Shown one piece after another: positions 19,552 to 28,738 of a stretch of DNA of 64,000 bases. The translations under genes were made by a program, and so were the position numbers. The stretch spans positions 134,860-198,859 of the forward strand of contig CANKZM010000007.1 of NCBI GenBank assembly GCA_947488305.1, in the 5' to 3' direction. The notes below the pieces were generated by a model. The model had not been told where the DNA came from and searched no databases. It saw nothing but the letters and a program-made list of their open reading frames with translations. How positions within the stretch are numbered: position 1 is the stretch's first letter; every line of letters starts with the position of its first letter. Origin of the DNA: an uncultured Roseobacter sp. Its GTDB lineage: Bacteria > Pseudomonadota > Alphaproteobacteria > Rhodobacterales > Rhodobacteraceae.

Positions 19552-20454
19552 CTAGCTGTCTGTTTGTTGACGCAGCCAAGCGCGAAATGCGGTGAGGGAG
19601 CGGCTTTCTTTGGAATTCGACGGCCAGACAAGAAAATATTTCCCGATACTCTGCGTCGTATGCGTTGACGCCAGTACCAGCTGATTGTTGTTGAGGTAGG
19701 GCTCGGCCACAAAAACCGGCAAAAGAGCAATGCCGAGGCCGTGAATTGCTGCCTGTGCCATGGTCGAGAACTGGTCAAAAACCATCCCTGGCGGAAGGTT
19801 CGGCTCTAAATCAAGGGTTTGAAACCAGCGTTGCCATCCTCGGGCGCGTGTTTCCAGGTGCAGAAGATCGTATTTCAGGATGGCCTGAGGGTCGGCGACG
19901 GGTGTGGAAATCAGTGAGGGAGAACAGACGGGCACAACGACTTCAGGCATCAGAGGCATATGGTTGGCTCCCGCCCAGTCTTCGCGACCGAAATGAATAG
20001 CAGCATCAAACCGCGTGCCGCGAAAGTCGAAAGGCGCAAGGCGCGTCGACAGATTGACGGTGACTTCAGGATGCTCTTGCGCAAAATCCCGCAACCTCGG
20101 TGCCAACCAGTGCATTCCAAACGCAGGCAGGATCGACAGGTTCAGTGTGGCGTCTTCCGCATCCGTGCACGCGGCGATTGAAGCGGTTTTCAACCGTTGA
20201 AGAACTGCCCGCACTTCATTGACATAGGTTTCGCCCTTAGGGGTCAGACACAGTTGTCGTCCGCGGCGTTCCAACAGGGCAATCCCGAGTTGGGCTTCCA
20301 GGGATTTCAATTGGCGGCTGACGGCACTTTGCGTCAACGAAAGCTCTGCCGCGGCTTGCGTGGCACTTCCAAGCCGCGCCACGGCCTCGAAGCACATCAA
20401 CGCCGAGATGGACGGCAAAAAACGGCGAGACGCATTCATATGAGTTTTTCTCAT
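19552..20454 (-). CDS. LysR family transcriptional regulator (GcdR-like by position)
   Basis: N-terminal HTH LPSISALMCFEAVARLGSATQAAAELSLTQSAVSRQLKSLE. It is divergent from the glutaryl-CoA dehydrogenase gene. ATG 20439 is an alternative start. Confidence 0.88.
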   Translation of the reverse strand: MRKTHMNASRRFLPSISALMCFEAVARLGSATQAAAELSLTQSAVSRQLKSLEAQLGIALLERRGRQLCLTPKGETYVNEVRAVLQRLKTASIAACTDAEDATLNLSILPAFGMHWLAPRLRDFAQEHPEVTVNLSTRLAPFDFRGTRFDAAIHFGREDWAGANHMPLMPEVVVPVCSPSLISTPVADPQAILKYDLLHLETRARGWQRWFQTLDLEPNLPPGMVFDQFSTMAQAAIHGLGIALLPVFVAEPYLNNNQLVLASTHTTQSIGKYFLVWPSNSKESRSLTAFRAWLRQQTDS

Positions 20455-20547
20455 GTGTTGCAGAACAAAGCATCGTTAGCCTTTTGCGACCTTACTTGCA
20501 ATAATGCGCGAAACTCCAACTGCCGCCTCGATCGAAAGGATCCCTAA

Positions 20548-21771
20548 ATGAACGCTGAAGCCGCTATTCTCAAAGCCAAGGACGCGCCGGATCTGGGCAC
20601 TTTTGACTGGGCTGACCCTTTGCGTCTTAGCGATCAGCTTTCAGAAGACGAACGCATGATTGCTGACAGTGCAGCAGCCTATGCAAAGGAAAAACTTCAG
20701 CCCCGAATCGTAGACGCCTTCGAAAACGAGGCGGTTGAGCCTGCGATCTTCCGGGAAATGGGCGACATGGGCCTTTTAGGCATTACATTGCCAGAGGAAT
20801 ACGGCGGATTGGGCGGGTCTTATGTGTCCTACGGACTTGTCGCCCGCGAAATCGAACGTGTGGATTCCGGCTACCGGTCCATGATGTCGGTGCAATCCTC
20901 TTTGGTCATATATCCGATCTACGCCTACGGCTCGGAGGATCAGCGCAAGAAGTACCTTCCCAAGCTTTGTTCCGGAGAATGGATTGGGTGCTTTGGGTTG
21001 ACGGAACCAGATGCGGGATCCGATCCGGCTGGTATGAAAACGCGCGCGGTAAAGACCGCGACGGGTTACAAGCTGACGGGATCAAAGATGTGGATTTCCA
21101 ACGCGCCGGTGGCCGATGTCTTTGTCATCTGGGCAAAGTCCGAAGCGCATGGGGACAAGATCCGTGGGTTTGTTCTTGAGAAAGGCGCCAAAGGGCTGAC
21201 TGCGCCGAAAATTGGCAGCAAGCTCAGCCTGCGTGCGTCTGTGACTGGCGAAGTTGTTATGGACGGCGTGGAAGTTGGTGAGGACGCTCTGCTTCCGAAT
21301 GTCCAGGGTCTGAAAGGGCCATTTGGCTGTTTGAACCGCGCGCGATATGGGATCAGCTGGGGCGCAATGGGCGCGGCAGAGTTCTGTTGGCATGCGGCCC
21401 GCCAATATGGGATGGACCGCCATCAGTTTGGGAAACCGCTTGCCGGAACGCAGCTTTTTCAGAAGAAGCTAGCGGATATGCAAACCGAGATTGCTTTGGG
21501 TCTTCAGGGTGCCTTGCAGCTGGGTCGGCTAATGGATGATGCGCGCGCGGCCCCCGAAATGATCTCGATCATGAAGCGGAACAACTGCGGGAAAGCATTG
21601 GATATTGCGCGCATGGCGCGGGATATGCATGGCGGCAATGGGATCAGTGGTGAGTTTCAGGTGATCCGCCACATGATGAACCTTGAGACCGTAAATACCT
21701 ATGAAGGGACGCATGATATTCATGCTCTCATTCTGGGGCGTGCGCAGACCGGTGTACAGGCGTTCTTTTAG
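20548..21771 (+). CDS. gcdH: glutaryl-CoA dehydrogenase
   Basis: [55 protein letters not shown], and [16 protein letters not shown] are typical of GCDH within the ACAD family. Confidence 0.88.
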   Translation: MNAEAAILKAKDAPDLGTFDWADPLRLSDQLSEDERMIADSAAAYAKEKLQPRIVDAFENEAVEPAIFREMGDMGLLGITLPEEYGGLGGSYVSYGLVAREIERVDSGYRSMMSVQSSLVIYPIYAYGSEDQRKKYLPKLCSGEWIGCFGLTEPDAGSDPAGMKTRAVKTATGYKLTGSKMWISNAPVADVFVIWAKSEAHGDKIRGFVLEKGAKGLTAPKIGSKLSLRASVTGEVVMDGVEVGEDALLPNVQGLKGPFGCLNRARYGISWGAMGAAEFCWHAARQYGMDRHQFGKPLAGTQLFQKKLADMQTEIALGLQGALQLGRLMDDARAAPEMISIMKRNNCGKALDIARMARDMHGGNGISGEFQVIRHMMNLETVNTYEGTHDIHALILGRAQTGVQAFF

Positions 21772-21963
21772 GCCGCTGTGCTTCGGAAGGAGCGACTAAA
21801 ACACGCAATCAGCGGCACCGGGATTGTGTTTGATTCGCCTTTATGGCGAAGTGATCGACGCCCATTCGCCTGTTCGAGCGGGGGTGTTGGCTTCCTGAAC
21901 GAATGCCCGATCTCCCTTCTTAAGCTGATGCAAAACATACTTTTTGTGCAAACGCTCGGTCGA

Positions 21964-21981
21964 TTTGCACACGTGTGCAAA
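21964..21981. promoter_or_regulatory. perfect 18-bp palindrome TTTGCACACGTGTGCAAA, candidate LacI-family operator
   Basis: Self-complementary over all 18 positions with a central CG. An extra half-site TGTGCAAA lies at 21945-21952. It is 81 nt upstream of the ABC ATPase start (22062). The only LacI-family gene in the window is in the same operon. Confidence 0.55.
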
Positions 21982-22061
21982 AATGTCTTGCCAAAAGGTA
22001 TACGCGGCGACTAGCGTCGAACAGACCCGTAAAACGCGGGCTGCGACAGCAGGGGGTTGCT

Positions 22062-23117
22062 ATGGCTGAGATACAACTGCGGAACGTGAACAAGCGTTGG
22101 GGCAGCTTTGTTGGCGTCGATAATTTTGACCTGACCATAGCGGATGAGGAGTTCCTTGTATTGCTCGGCCCATCCGGCTGCGGAAAGACCACCACAATGC
22201 GGATGATTGCCGGTCTGGAAGATGCGACAGAAGGTGAAATCATTATCGACGGTCGCGTCGTAAACGATCTTGATCCCAAAGACCGGGACGTGGCGATGGT
22301 TTTCCAGTCTTACGGTCTTTATCCGAACATGAATGTCTACGAGAACATTCGCTTCCCTCTAAAAGTTCGCAAAATCCCTGACAGTGAGCATGACGAACGG
22401 GTACGACGTGCGTCTGCGATGGTCGAGCTTGATGACTTCTTGCACCGCAAGCCGGCGGAGCTTTCGGGCGGTCAGCGCCAGCGTGTTGCTTTGGCCCGCG
22501 CAATCGTGCGCGAACCGAACGTCTTTTTGATGGATGAGCCGCTGTCGAACCTTGATGCCAAGTTGCGGGTGTCGACCCGCGCGCAGATCAAGAACCTCAG
22601 CCACGAGTTAAAAGTTACCACCGTCTATGTGACCCATGACCAGATCGAAGCCATGACGCTCGCGGACCGGGTTGTTGTCATGAAACAGGGTAAAGTGCAG
22701 CAAGTCGGCACACCTACTGAAATATACGACAATCCAGCCAATACATTTGTTGCCAGCTTTATCGGCAGCCCTGCCATGAATTTGATGGATGGCCAGATTG
22801 AAGGCGGCGTGTTCACGGGCACGAATGTACGCATCGAAGGCCTTTCCGGTCCGGACGGTGAGATCACGCTCGGATTCAGGGCAGAGGATGCCACCCTTGC
22901 GGCCGAAAACGCAGGGGAGATCAACGGGCCGATCTATACGATCGAGCTTCTTGGCGACGCAACGATGTTGACGGTGCGCGCCGGAGGTCAACTGGTTTCG
23001 GTGAAAGCGCACAAAGAGTACAGAGCCGAAATAGGAGATTTGGTGTCCTTCTCGGTGCCAACGGCGATCTGCCATTTGTTCGATAAGGACAGTGGAAGCA
23101 GGATAGCCACAACCTGA
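22062..23117 (+). CDS. sugar-type ABC transporter ATP-binding protein (UgpC/MalK-like)
   Basis: Walker A GPSGCGKTT, signature LSGGQRQRVA, Walker B FLMDEPLSNLD, and a C-terminal TOBE-like domain. ATG 22062 (MAEIQLRNV); the track start is GTG 21975. Confidence 0.92.
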   Translation: MAEIQLRNVNKRWGSFVGVDNFDLTIADEEFLVLLGPSGCGKTTTMRMIAGLEDATEGEIIIDGRVVNDLDPKDRDVAMVFQSYGLYPNMNVYENIRFPLKVRKIPDSEHDERVRRASAMVELDDFLHRKPAELSGGQRQRVALARAIVREPNVFLMDEPLSNLDAKLRVSTRAQIKNLSHELKVTTVYVTHDQIEAMTLADRVVVMKQGKVQQVGTPTEIYDNPANTFVASFIGSPAMNLMDGQIEGGVFTGTNVRIEGLSGPDGEITLGFRAEDATLAAENAGEINGPIYTIELLGDATMLTVRAGGQLVSVKAHKEYRAEIGDLVSFSVPTAICHLFDKDSGSRIATT

Positions 23118-23204
23118 AAAATAACGAGGCGCGGATCACCGGGCCAACCAAAAGGTGCAGCCTTGCAAGATGCACCCAACCTAACTGCAACAGGGAGTTT
23201 GCAT

Positions 23205-24425
23205 ATGTTTTTGAAAAGAATTGCTTTGGCGGGCGCGGTCTCGCTTATGGGAAGCGCGGCTTTTGCGGCTTGCTCCTATGAGAACGAAACCCCGATCAAG
23301 TCGCTGAGTGCCGGGTTTGAGGCGTGGAAAGCGGTCACGGACGCTATGGCGGAATGCGGCAACTTCCAAGCTGAATTGGACCAGGAATTCCGCACCAAAC
23401 AGCCTGCGGCCTTTGAGGCCAATCCGTCGCTATACCACATCGGCGGGGTGTCAAACGGCACGATCACACCGCTGCTCAACGCAGGTACAATTCGGCCTCT
23501 GGATGACTTGGTGGCAAAGTACGGCGAAAACCTCAGCCCGAACCAGTTGATCCGCATCAACGGTCAGATCATGGCCGTCGCGATGATGGTGAACACCCAA
23601 CACCTGATGTATCGGTCTGACATTCTGAGCGATCTGGGTATCGAGACGCCAACCTCGTGGGATGAGGTCTACGCTGCTGCGGACAAGATCAAGGAAGCGG
23701 GGGTCGTGGATTATCCGCTTGGCGCCACGATGAAGTCCGGTTGGAACCTCGCCCAGGAATTCGTGAACATGTACCCCGGCCACGGCGGTACTTTCTTCAA
23801 TGATGACAACACCACAGCCGTGAACTCGGAAGCTGGCCTGGCGGCGCTCGGAACAATGCAAAAGGCGCTGGCATACACTGACCCGGAGGTTCTGGTAAGC
23901 GACTCCACATACGTGCAACAGCAATTCCAGCAAGGCAAGATTGCGATGGCAAACCTCTGGGCGAGCCGGGCAGGGGCCATGAATGACGAGGCCGAAAGCC
24001 AGGTTGTTGGCAAGGTCGCCATGGCGTCAGCGCCGAAAGCGGTTGCTGATGGTGCTCCGGCCACAACGCTGTGGTGGGACGGTATCGTGATTGCGAAGAA
24101 CATCACGGATGAAGAGGCTGACGCGGCATTCCGTCTGGCCATGGAAGGTCTTGATGCAGAGATGGTGAAGGGCGCCAATGACGCTGCCATCTGGCTGGTA
24201 CAGGGCTACGAACCTACGGACATTGCTGCGGGCGCGATTGCTACGGCAACAGCAAACCCGGCACCACCTGCCTATCCATCGACCACACAGATGGGTCTGC
24301 TTCATACCGCGCTTGGCAATGAGCTTCCCGCCTTTCTGACCGGCGAAAGAGATGCCGCCGCGACTTTGGTGGCGATTGAGGAAGCCTACACAACATCGGC
24401 AAAAGAGGCCGGCGTTCTCGAATAG
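23205..24425 (+). CDS. ABC transporter substrate-binding protein (extracellular solute-binding family 1)
   Basis: Signal peptide MFLKRIALAGAVSLMGSAAFA, about 405 aa, with sequence character typical of CUT1 binding proteins. ATG 23205 is preceded by an AGGGAG Shine-Dalgarno sequence. Confidence 0.85.
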   Translation: MFLKRIALAGAVSLMGSAAFAACSYENETPIKSLSAGFEAWKAVTDAMAECGNFQAELDQEFRTKQPAAFEANPSLYHIGGVSNGTITPLLNAGTIRPLDDLVAKYGENLSPNQLIRINGQIMAVAMMVNTQHLMYRSDILSDLGIETPTSWDEVYAAADKIKEAGVVDYPLGATMKSGWNLAQEFVNMYPGHGGTFFNDDNTTAVNSEAGLAALGTMQKALAYTDPEVLVSDSTYVQQQFQQGKIAMANLWASRAGAMNDEAESQVVGKVAMASAPKAVADGAPATTLWWDGIVIAKNITDEEADAAFRLAMEGLDAEMVKGANDAAIWLVQGYEPTDIAAGAIATATANPAPPAYPSTTQMGLLHTALGNELPAFLTGERDAAATLVAIEEAYTTSAKEAGVLE

Positions 24426-24433
24426 TCAAACAT

Positions 24434-24463
24434 GCGTTGGCCCGGAGGAGACCGGGCCAACGC
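24434..24463 (+). other. intra-operon stem-loop after the binding-protein gene (no U-tract)
   Basis: GCGTTGGCCCGG-aggaga-CCGGGCCAACGC is a perfect 12-bp stem starting 9 nt after the stop at 24425. Confidence 0.55.
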
Positions 24464-24551
24464 ACTCCCTCGTCGGTTTCGCAAAAGGCGACAACACCGT
24501 GTTTTGCAAAGCTGACCCGATATCCACGCGGAATGCCGCAAGGAGAGCCCC

Positions 24552-25577
24552 ATGAAGTTCAAGACTTTTGCAGCCTTTGTTGGACCGTCGGTGTTCATGA
24601 TGTTGTTGTTCATCGCGGCACCACTTGTCAGCGTTTTTATTCAGAGCTTCCAAGTGACGCAGCCGATCCTTGAGCAGGTCGAAGTGGAAACCTGCACGCC
24701 GGGGTTTCTGACACAGACCTGTACGACGGAAACCAAAACGGTGCCTGTGCTGGATGAGAACGGCAAAACGATGACCGAGACCAGCTGGGTCGGGTTCCAA
24801 AGCTATCGGAATGTTCTGCAAATGGACAAATTCTGGGAAGCCGTGGGCAACGGCAGCTGGAATGACATCAACCAGATTGATTTCTGGCGCGCGCTGCGTT
24901 TCACGCTGATGTTCACGCTCCTGACTCTCCCGATGGTGTTGATCGTGGGGCTCGCCATCGCGCTTGCGGTCAATAACGCCGTCAGATCGATCCGAGGACC
25001 AGTGATCTTCATTTCACTCCTGCCCTTCATCATTACGCCCGTGATCGGATCGCTCTCGATCTACTGGCTTTTTGTGGGGGACGGCATCCTGACACGGCTG
25101 ATGGAGCAATGGTCTGGTCAGAATATCTCCATGTTCGCCCAGGCCTGGACGATCGAATTGCTGATGTACTTCTTCCGGGTCTGGAACAACGCGCCCTTTG
25201 CCTTCGTCATTTTCTACGCGGGGCTACAGACGGTCAACATGGACACGCTGGAGTCTGCCGTGATCGACGGCGCCAGCCGCTGGGAGCGGCTGCGCCACGT
25301 CATCATCCCACACCTGATGCCGCTGATCATCTTTATCGCGCTCATCCACCTGATGGACGTCTACCGCGTGTTCGAAGAGATCGTGGGCTTCCGAAGCCAG
25401 GCACATGTGATCTCACTGCAATGGCTCACCTATGACTTCATGACGCCGGACGATGCGGGCAACCGCGCCATGAGCCGTGCGTCGGCTTCTGCGATGCTGA
25501 CCATGATCGGGATTGTCTTTTTGTTGATCCTGCCGCTGCGCCGTACCTGGCGTGACCACAAAGGGAGCGCAAACTGA
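24552..25577 (+). CDS. ABC transporter permease (MalF/UgpA-like)
   Basis: Multiple TM helices and the EAA loop ESAVIDGASRWERLRHVIIPHLMP. Confidence 0.88.
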   Translation: MKFKTFAAFVGPSVFMMLLFIAAPLVSVFIQSFQVTQPILEQVEVETCTPGFLTQTCTTETKTVPVLDENGKTMTETSWVGFQSYRNVLQMDKFWEAVGNGSWNDINQIDFWRALRFTLMFTLLTLPMVLIVGLAIALAVNNAVRSIRGPVIFISLLPFIITPVIGSLSIYWLFVGDGILTRLMEQWSGQNISMFAQAWTIELLMYFFRVWNNAPFAFVIFYAGLQTVNMDTLESAVIDGASRWERLRHVIIPHLMPLIIFIALIHLMDVYRVFEEIVGFRSQAHVISLQWLTYDFMTPDDAGNRAMSRASASAMLTMIGIVFLLILPLRRTWRDHKGSAN

Positions 25578-26734
25578 TGTCTACGCCCAAAGCCATGCAG
25601 CAGTCTTTCGCGCTGCGCTTTTCCTCCGGTGCATTTCTCGCGTTCTGGTGCCTTATCGCGGCCTTCCCGATCTTCTGGATTGCAGTGATGAGCTTCAAGT
25701 CCCCAGTAGACGCATTCGCGGCGAGTCCATGGGACGTCATCACCGGCCCCGCAACCCGCGCGAATGGCGATGGGCTCTCCATCCTCGACATCGTTGTAGG
25801 GCTTGTTGTTCTCTACTTCGCCATCCGCTGGGCATTTACGCGTCTTCCGGGCCTCGTGCGTCAATACTGCCCGCCGGGCATGATCGTGTTGGGCTGGGTC
25901 ATCGGCGCAATCGCATATGGCATTCTGTTCGTGCTGGTGTTCTTCACTCTGATGCCGCTGATCCTGGGGCCAATCAACAGCCTCTTGGGTCCACTTGGAA
26001 GTCCAATCCTTGGCCTGACAACGGAACACTACGTTGCGGTCTGGGGGGAGAATGAATTCTACCGAAATTTCCTGAATTCGATGTTGGTAACCGCAGGCGT
26101 CGTGACCGTCTCCCTGACAGTCGGAACCCTGGCTGGATATGGGTTGGCGCGCTCAGGCTCGGATCTGGCCTTCTGGCTGCTTATTCTCGCTCTGATCTTC
26201 CGCGCCTTGCCGCATTCCGTGCTGGTTGCTGGTTACTTGCCGGTGTTTATCAATTCCTCGGAAATCCTCGCGCCGATATTCGGTGAAGGGGCCCCGACCC
26301 TCTATGGCCAACCCTGGGCCGTCATCGCGGTGCTGGTTGCGATCAACCAACCCTTTACCATCTGGATGCTGCGGTCCTTTTTCCAGAATATCCCGGCCGA
26401 GCTGGATGAGGCAGCCCGGGTTGACGGGTGCTCCCACTTTCAAGCCTTCCGGCGGGTGATCATGCCTGTGATGTGGCCCGGTGTCATCACCACGGGGCTG
26501 TTCAGCTTCTTGTTGGGCTACAACGACTTTCTCGTAACGTCCTTGTTGCTGGATGCGCAGAACCAGACGATGGTTCCCGCGATCGCGGGCTACTTCAACC
26601 GTGAAACCACCACGACAGATCAGGTTGAGGCGGTTGCGGCTGCGGTCTCTATCACGGCGCCGCTTTTCCTGCTGGTCATGATATTCCAGCGCCAAATCGT
26701 TAGCGGTCTGACAGCGGGGGCGGTGAAGGGCTGA
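25577..26734 (+). CDS. ABC transporter permease (MalG/UgpE-like) with extra hydrophobic insertion
   Basis: EAA loop EAARVDGCSHFQAFRRVIMPVMWP. TGATG overlap with the previous gene. About 100 additional residues follow TM1 compared with typical 280-aa family members. Confidence 0.88.
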   Translation: MSTPKAMQQSFALRFSSGAFLAFWCLIAAFPIFWIAVMSFKSPVDAFAASPWDVITGPATRANGDGLSILDIVVGLVVLYFAIRWAFTRLPGLVRQYCPPGMIVLGWVIGAIAYGILFVLVFFTLMPLILGPINSLLGPLGSPILGLTTEHYVAVWGENEFYRNFLNSMLVTAGVVTVSLTVGTLAGYGLARSGSDLAFWLLILALIFRALPHSVLVAGYLPVFINSSEILAPIFGEGAPTLYGQPWAVIAVLVAINQPFTIWMLRSFFQNIPAELDEAARVDGCSHFQAFRRVIMPVMWPGVITTGLFSFLLGYNDFLVTSLLLDAQNQTMVPAIAGYFNRETTTTDQVEAVAAAVSITAPLFLLVMIFQRQIVSGLTAGAVKG

Positions 26735-26908
26735 TGAGCAAAGCCGCGCGATCTGGCTGGGTGCAGCGCCATCCCGCGCTGAACCGAATGCCAAGGGACT
26801 TCATCTTGGGGCATGCGCGCCATTTCGCATGTTGCAGTTTCAAGATGAAAGGATGATCCGATGAAGGGATCGAGACCTGAACAGGCCGTATTGTCCAAAG
26901 ATACGGAT

Positions 26909-27400
26909 ATGTCAAAAACAGACGCTACCCGCGCTGTCATCGAGGGTATGATCGATGGGCTGAACGACCACCGTATTGACGACATTGGAACGTTCTTTGC
27001 GCAGAGTTTTCGGTGGATGGGCAATCAGGGATGCGGGACCAAGAACGGCCTGCGCGAGTTTCAGGACAACTGGCAGCGCCCGTTTCAGGCAGCGTTTTCC
27101 GATAAAGTCTGCGTGGATGAAGCGCGGCTTTACATGGGCGAGTGGGCTGCGGCTTTCGGTCGTCAGGAAGCGACCCATTCAGGGCAGTTCATGGGCTTGG
27201 CACCAACCGGCAAGCGCGTCGAAATCCGCTATATGGATTTTTGGAAAGTTGAGGACGGGAAGATCACTGATAATTGGGTGATGGTGGATTTCCCGCATGT
27301 GTTGGCCCAGTTGGGCGTTGATGTATTCGATGGGGAAGGCTGGGAGGCCTTTGACCGCGGTGAACGTATCCCACCGCGACCCGATCAGGGAGGAGAGTAA
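26909..27400 (+). CDS. SnoaL-like (NTF2-fold, 'ester cyclase') protein, single domain
   Basis: GKRVEIRYMDFWKVEDGKITDNWVMVDFPHVLAQLGVDVF matches the SnoaL-like polyketide cyclase family pattern. ATG 26909; ATG 26861 is an alternative start. Confidence 0.72.
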   Translation: MSKTDATRAVIEGMIDGLNDHRIDDIGTFFAQSFRWMGNQGCGTKNGLREFQDNWQRPFQAAFSDKVCVDEARLYMGEWAAAFGRQEATHSGQFMGLAPTGKRVEIRYMDFWKVEDGKITDNWVMVDFPHVLAQLGVDVFDGEGWEAFDRGERIPPRPDQGGE

Positions 27401-27403
27401 CCC

Positions 27404-28732
27404 ATGGCAATAGAATATCTCAAGTCAGGCAAGTCAGATGCCGAGCGTGCCGATGATGATGCCAAGACGCGGGCAGCTGTCGAAGCGACGCTTGCGGACA
27501 TCGAAAAGAATGGGGACGCGGCTGTACGAAAACTGTCGGAGAAATTCGACAACTACAGCCCGGAAAACTTCCGGTTGAGTCTTGAAGAGATCGAGGCGCT
27601 CATCGCGCAGCTGACACCGCGCGAACTTGAGGACATCAAATTCGCGCAGGAGCAGGTCCGCAATTTCGCTCAGGCGCAGCGCGACTCCATGCTCGACATC
27701 GAAGTGGAAACAATGCCGGGCGTCATTCTTGGTCACAAGAACATCCCGGTGCAGTCGGTGGGGTGTTATGTCCCGGGTGGCAAGTTCCCGATGGTGGCGT
27801 CTGCCCATATGTCTGTGGCAACCGCTTCTGTCGCCAAGGTGCCGCGCATCATCGCCTGCACGCCGCCGTTTCAGGGCAAGCCAAACCCGGCGGTCATTGC
27901 TGCAATGCACTTGGGAGGCGCGCATGAGATTTACGTCATGGGCGGCATACAGGCGATTGGCGCCATGGCGCTGGGAACTGAGACAATCGACCCGGTGCAT
28001 ATGCTGGTCGGCCCCGGTAATGCCTTTGTGGCTGAGGCCAAGCGGCAGCTCTTTGGTCGCGTCGGCATTGACCTTTTTGCAGGTCCGACCGAGACGATGG
28101 TCATCGCAGATGAAACGGTCGACGCTGAAATGTGTGCGACGGACCTACTGGGTCAGGCTGAGCATGGGTATAACTCGCCCGCCGTATTGCTCACCAACTC
28201 GCGTAAGCTGGCGGATGAAACGCTTGCTGAAATAGAGCGTATCCTAAAAATCCTGCCGACGGCAGAAACCGCGCGGACAAGCTGGGAAGACTACGGTGAG
28301 GTCATTTTGTGTGACACCTATAACGAGATGTTGGAAGTCGCGGATGATATTGCCTCCGAACATGTGCAGGTGATGACCGATCGTGATGACTGGTTCCTCG
28401 ACAAGATGACCTGCTATGGCGCGCTGTTTCTCGGGCCGCGTACCAATGTGGCTAATGGCGACAAAGTCATTGGCACCAATCACACGCTACCGACCAAGAA
28501 GGCCGGGCGCTATACGGGTGGGCTTTGGGTTGGAAAGTTCCTCAAGACGCACAGCTATCAGAAAGTCACCAGTGATGAAGCGGCTGCCGAAATCGGTGCT
28601 TACGGATCGCGGCTGTGTATTCTGGAGGGGTTCGTCGGGCATGCAGAGCAGTGCAATTTGCGCGTTCGCCGATATGGCGGCATCAATGTGCCATACGGCG
28701 AAGGTGCACCGGCCAAACAGGCAGCAGAATAA
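27404..28732 (+). CDS. histidinol dehydrogenase family protein (HisD paralog, non-histidine context)
   Basis: 442 aa with the family motifs [22 protein letters not shown] and [16 protein letters not shown] Shine-Dalgarno sequence lies upstream. Confidence 0.88.
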   Translation: MAIEYLKSGKSDAERADDDAKTRAAVEATLADIEKNGDAAVRKLSEKFDNYSPENFRLSLEEIEALIAQLTPRELEDIKFAQEQVRNFAQAQRDSMLDIEVETMPGVILGHKNIPVQSVGCYVPGGKFPMVASAHMSVATASVAKVPRIIACTPPFQGKPNPAVIAAMHLGGAHEIYVMGGIQAIGAMALGTETIDPVHMLVGPGNAFVAEAKRQLFGRVGIDLFAGPTETMVIADETVDAEMCATDLLGQAEHGYNSPAVLLTNSRKLADETLAEIERILKILPTAETARTSWEDYGEVILCDTYNEMLEVADDIASEHVQVMTDRDDWFLDKMTCYGALFLGPRTNVANGDKVIGTNHTLPTKKAGRYTGGLWVGKFLKTHSYQKVTSDEAAAEIGAYGSRLCILEGFVGHAEQCNLRVRRYGGINVPYGEGAPAKQAAE

Positions 28733-28738
28733 TCGGGC

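Noticed and set aside
20455-20547. LysR T-N11-A box between the LysR gene and gcdH.
   Set aside because: Only weak candidates with 3-bp arms (TGC-N8-GCA at about 20459-20472). This is not strong enough to report as a site.
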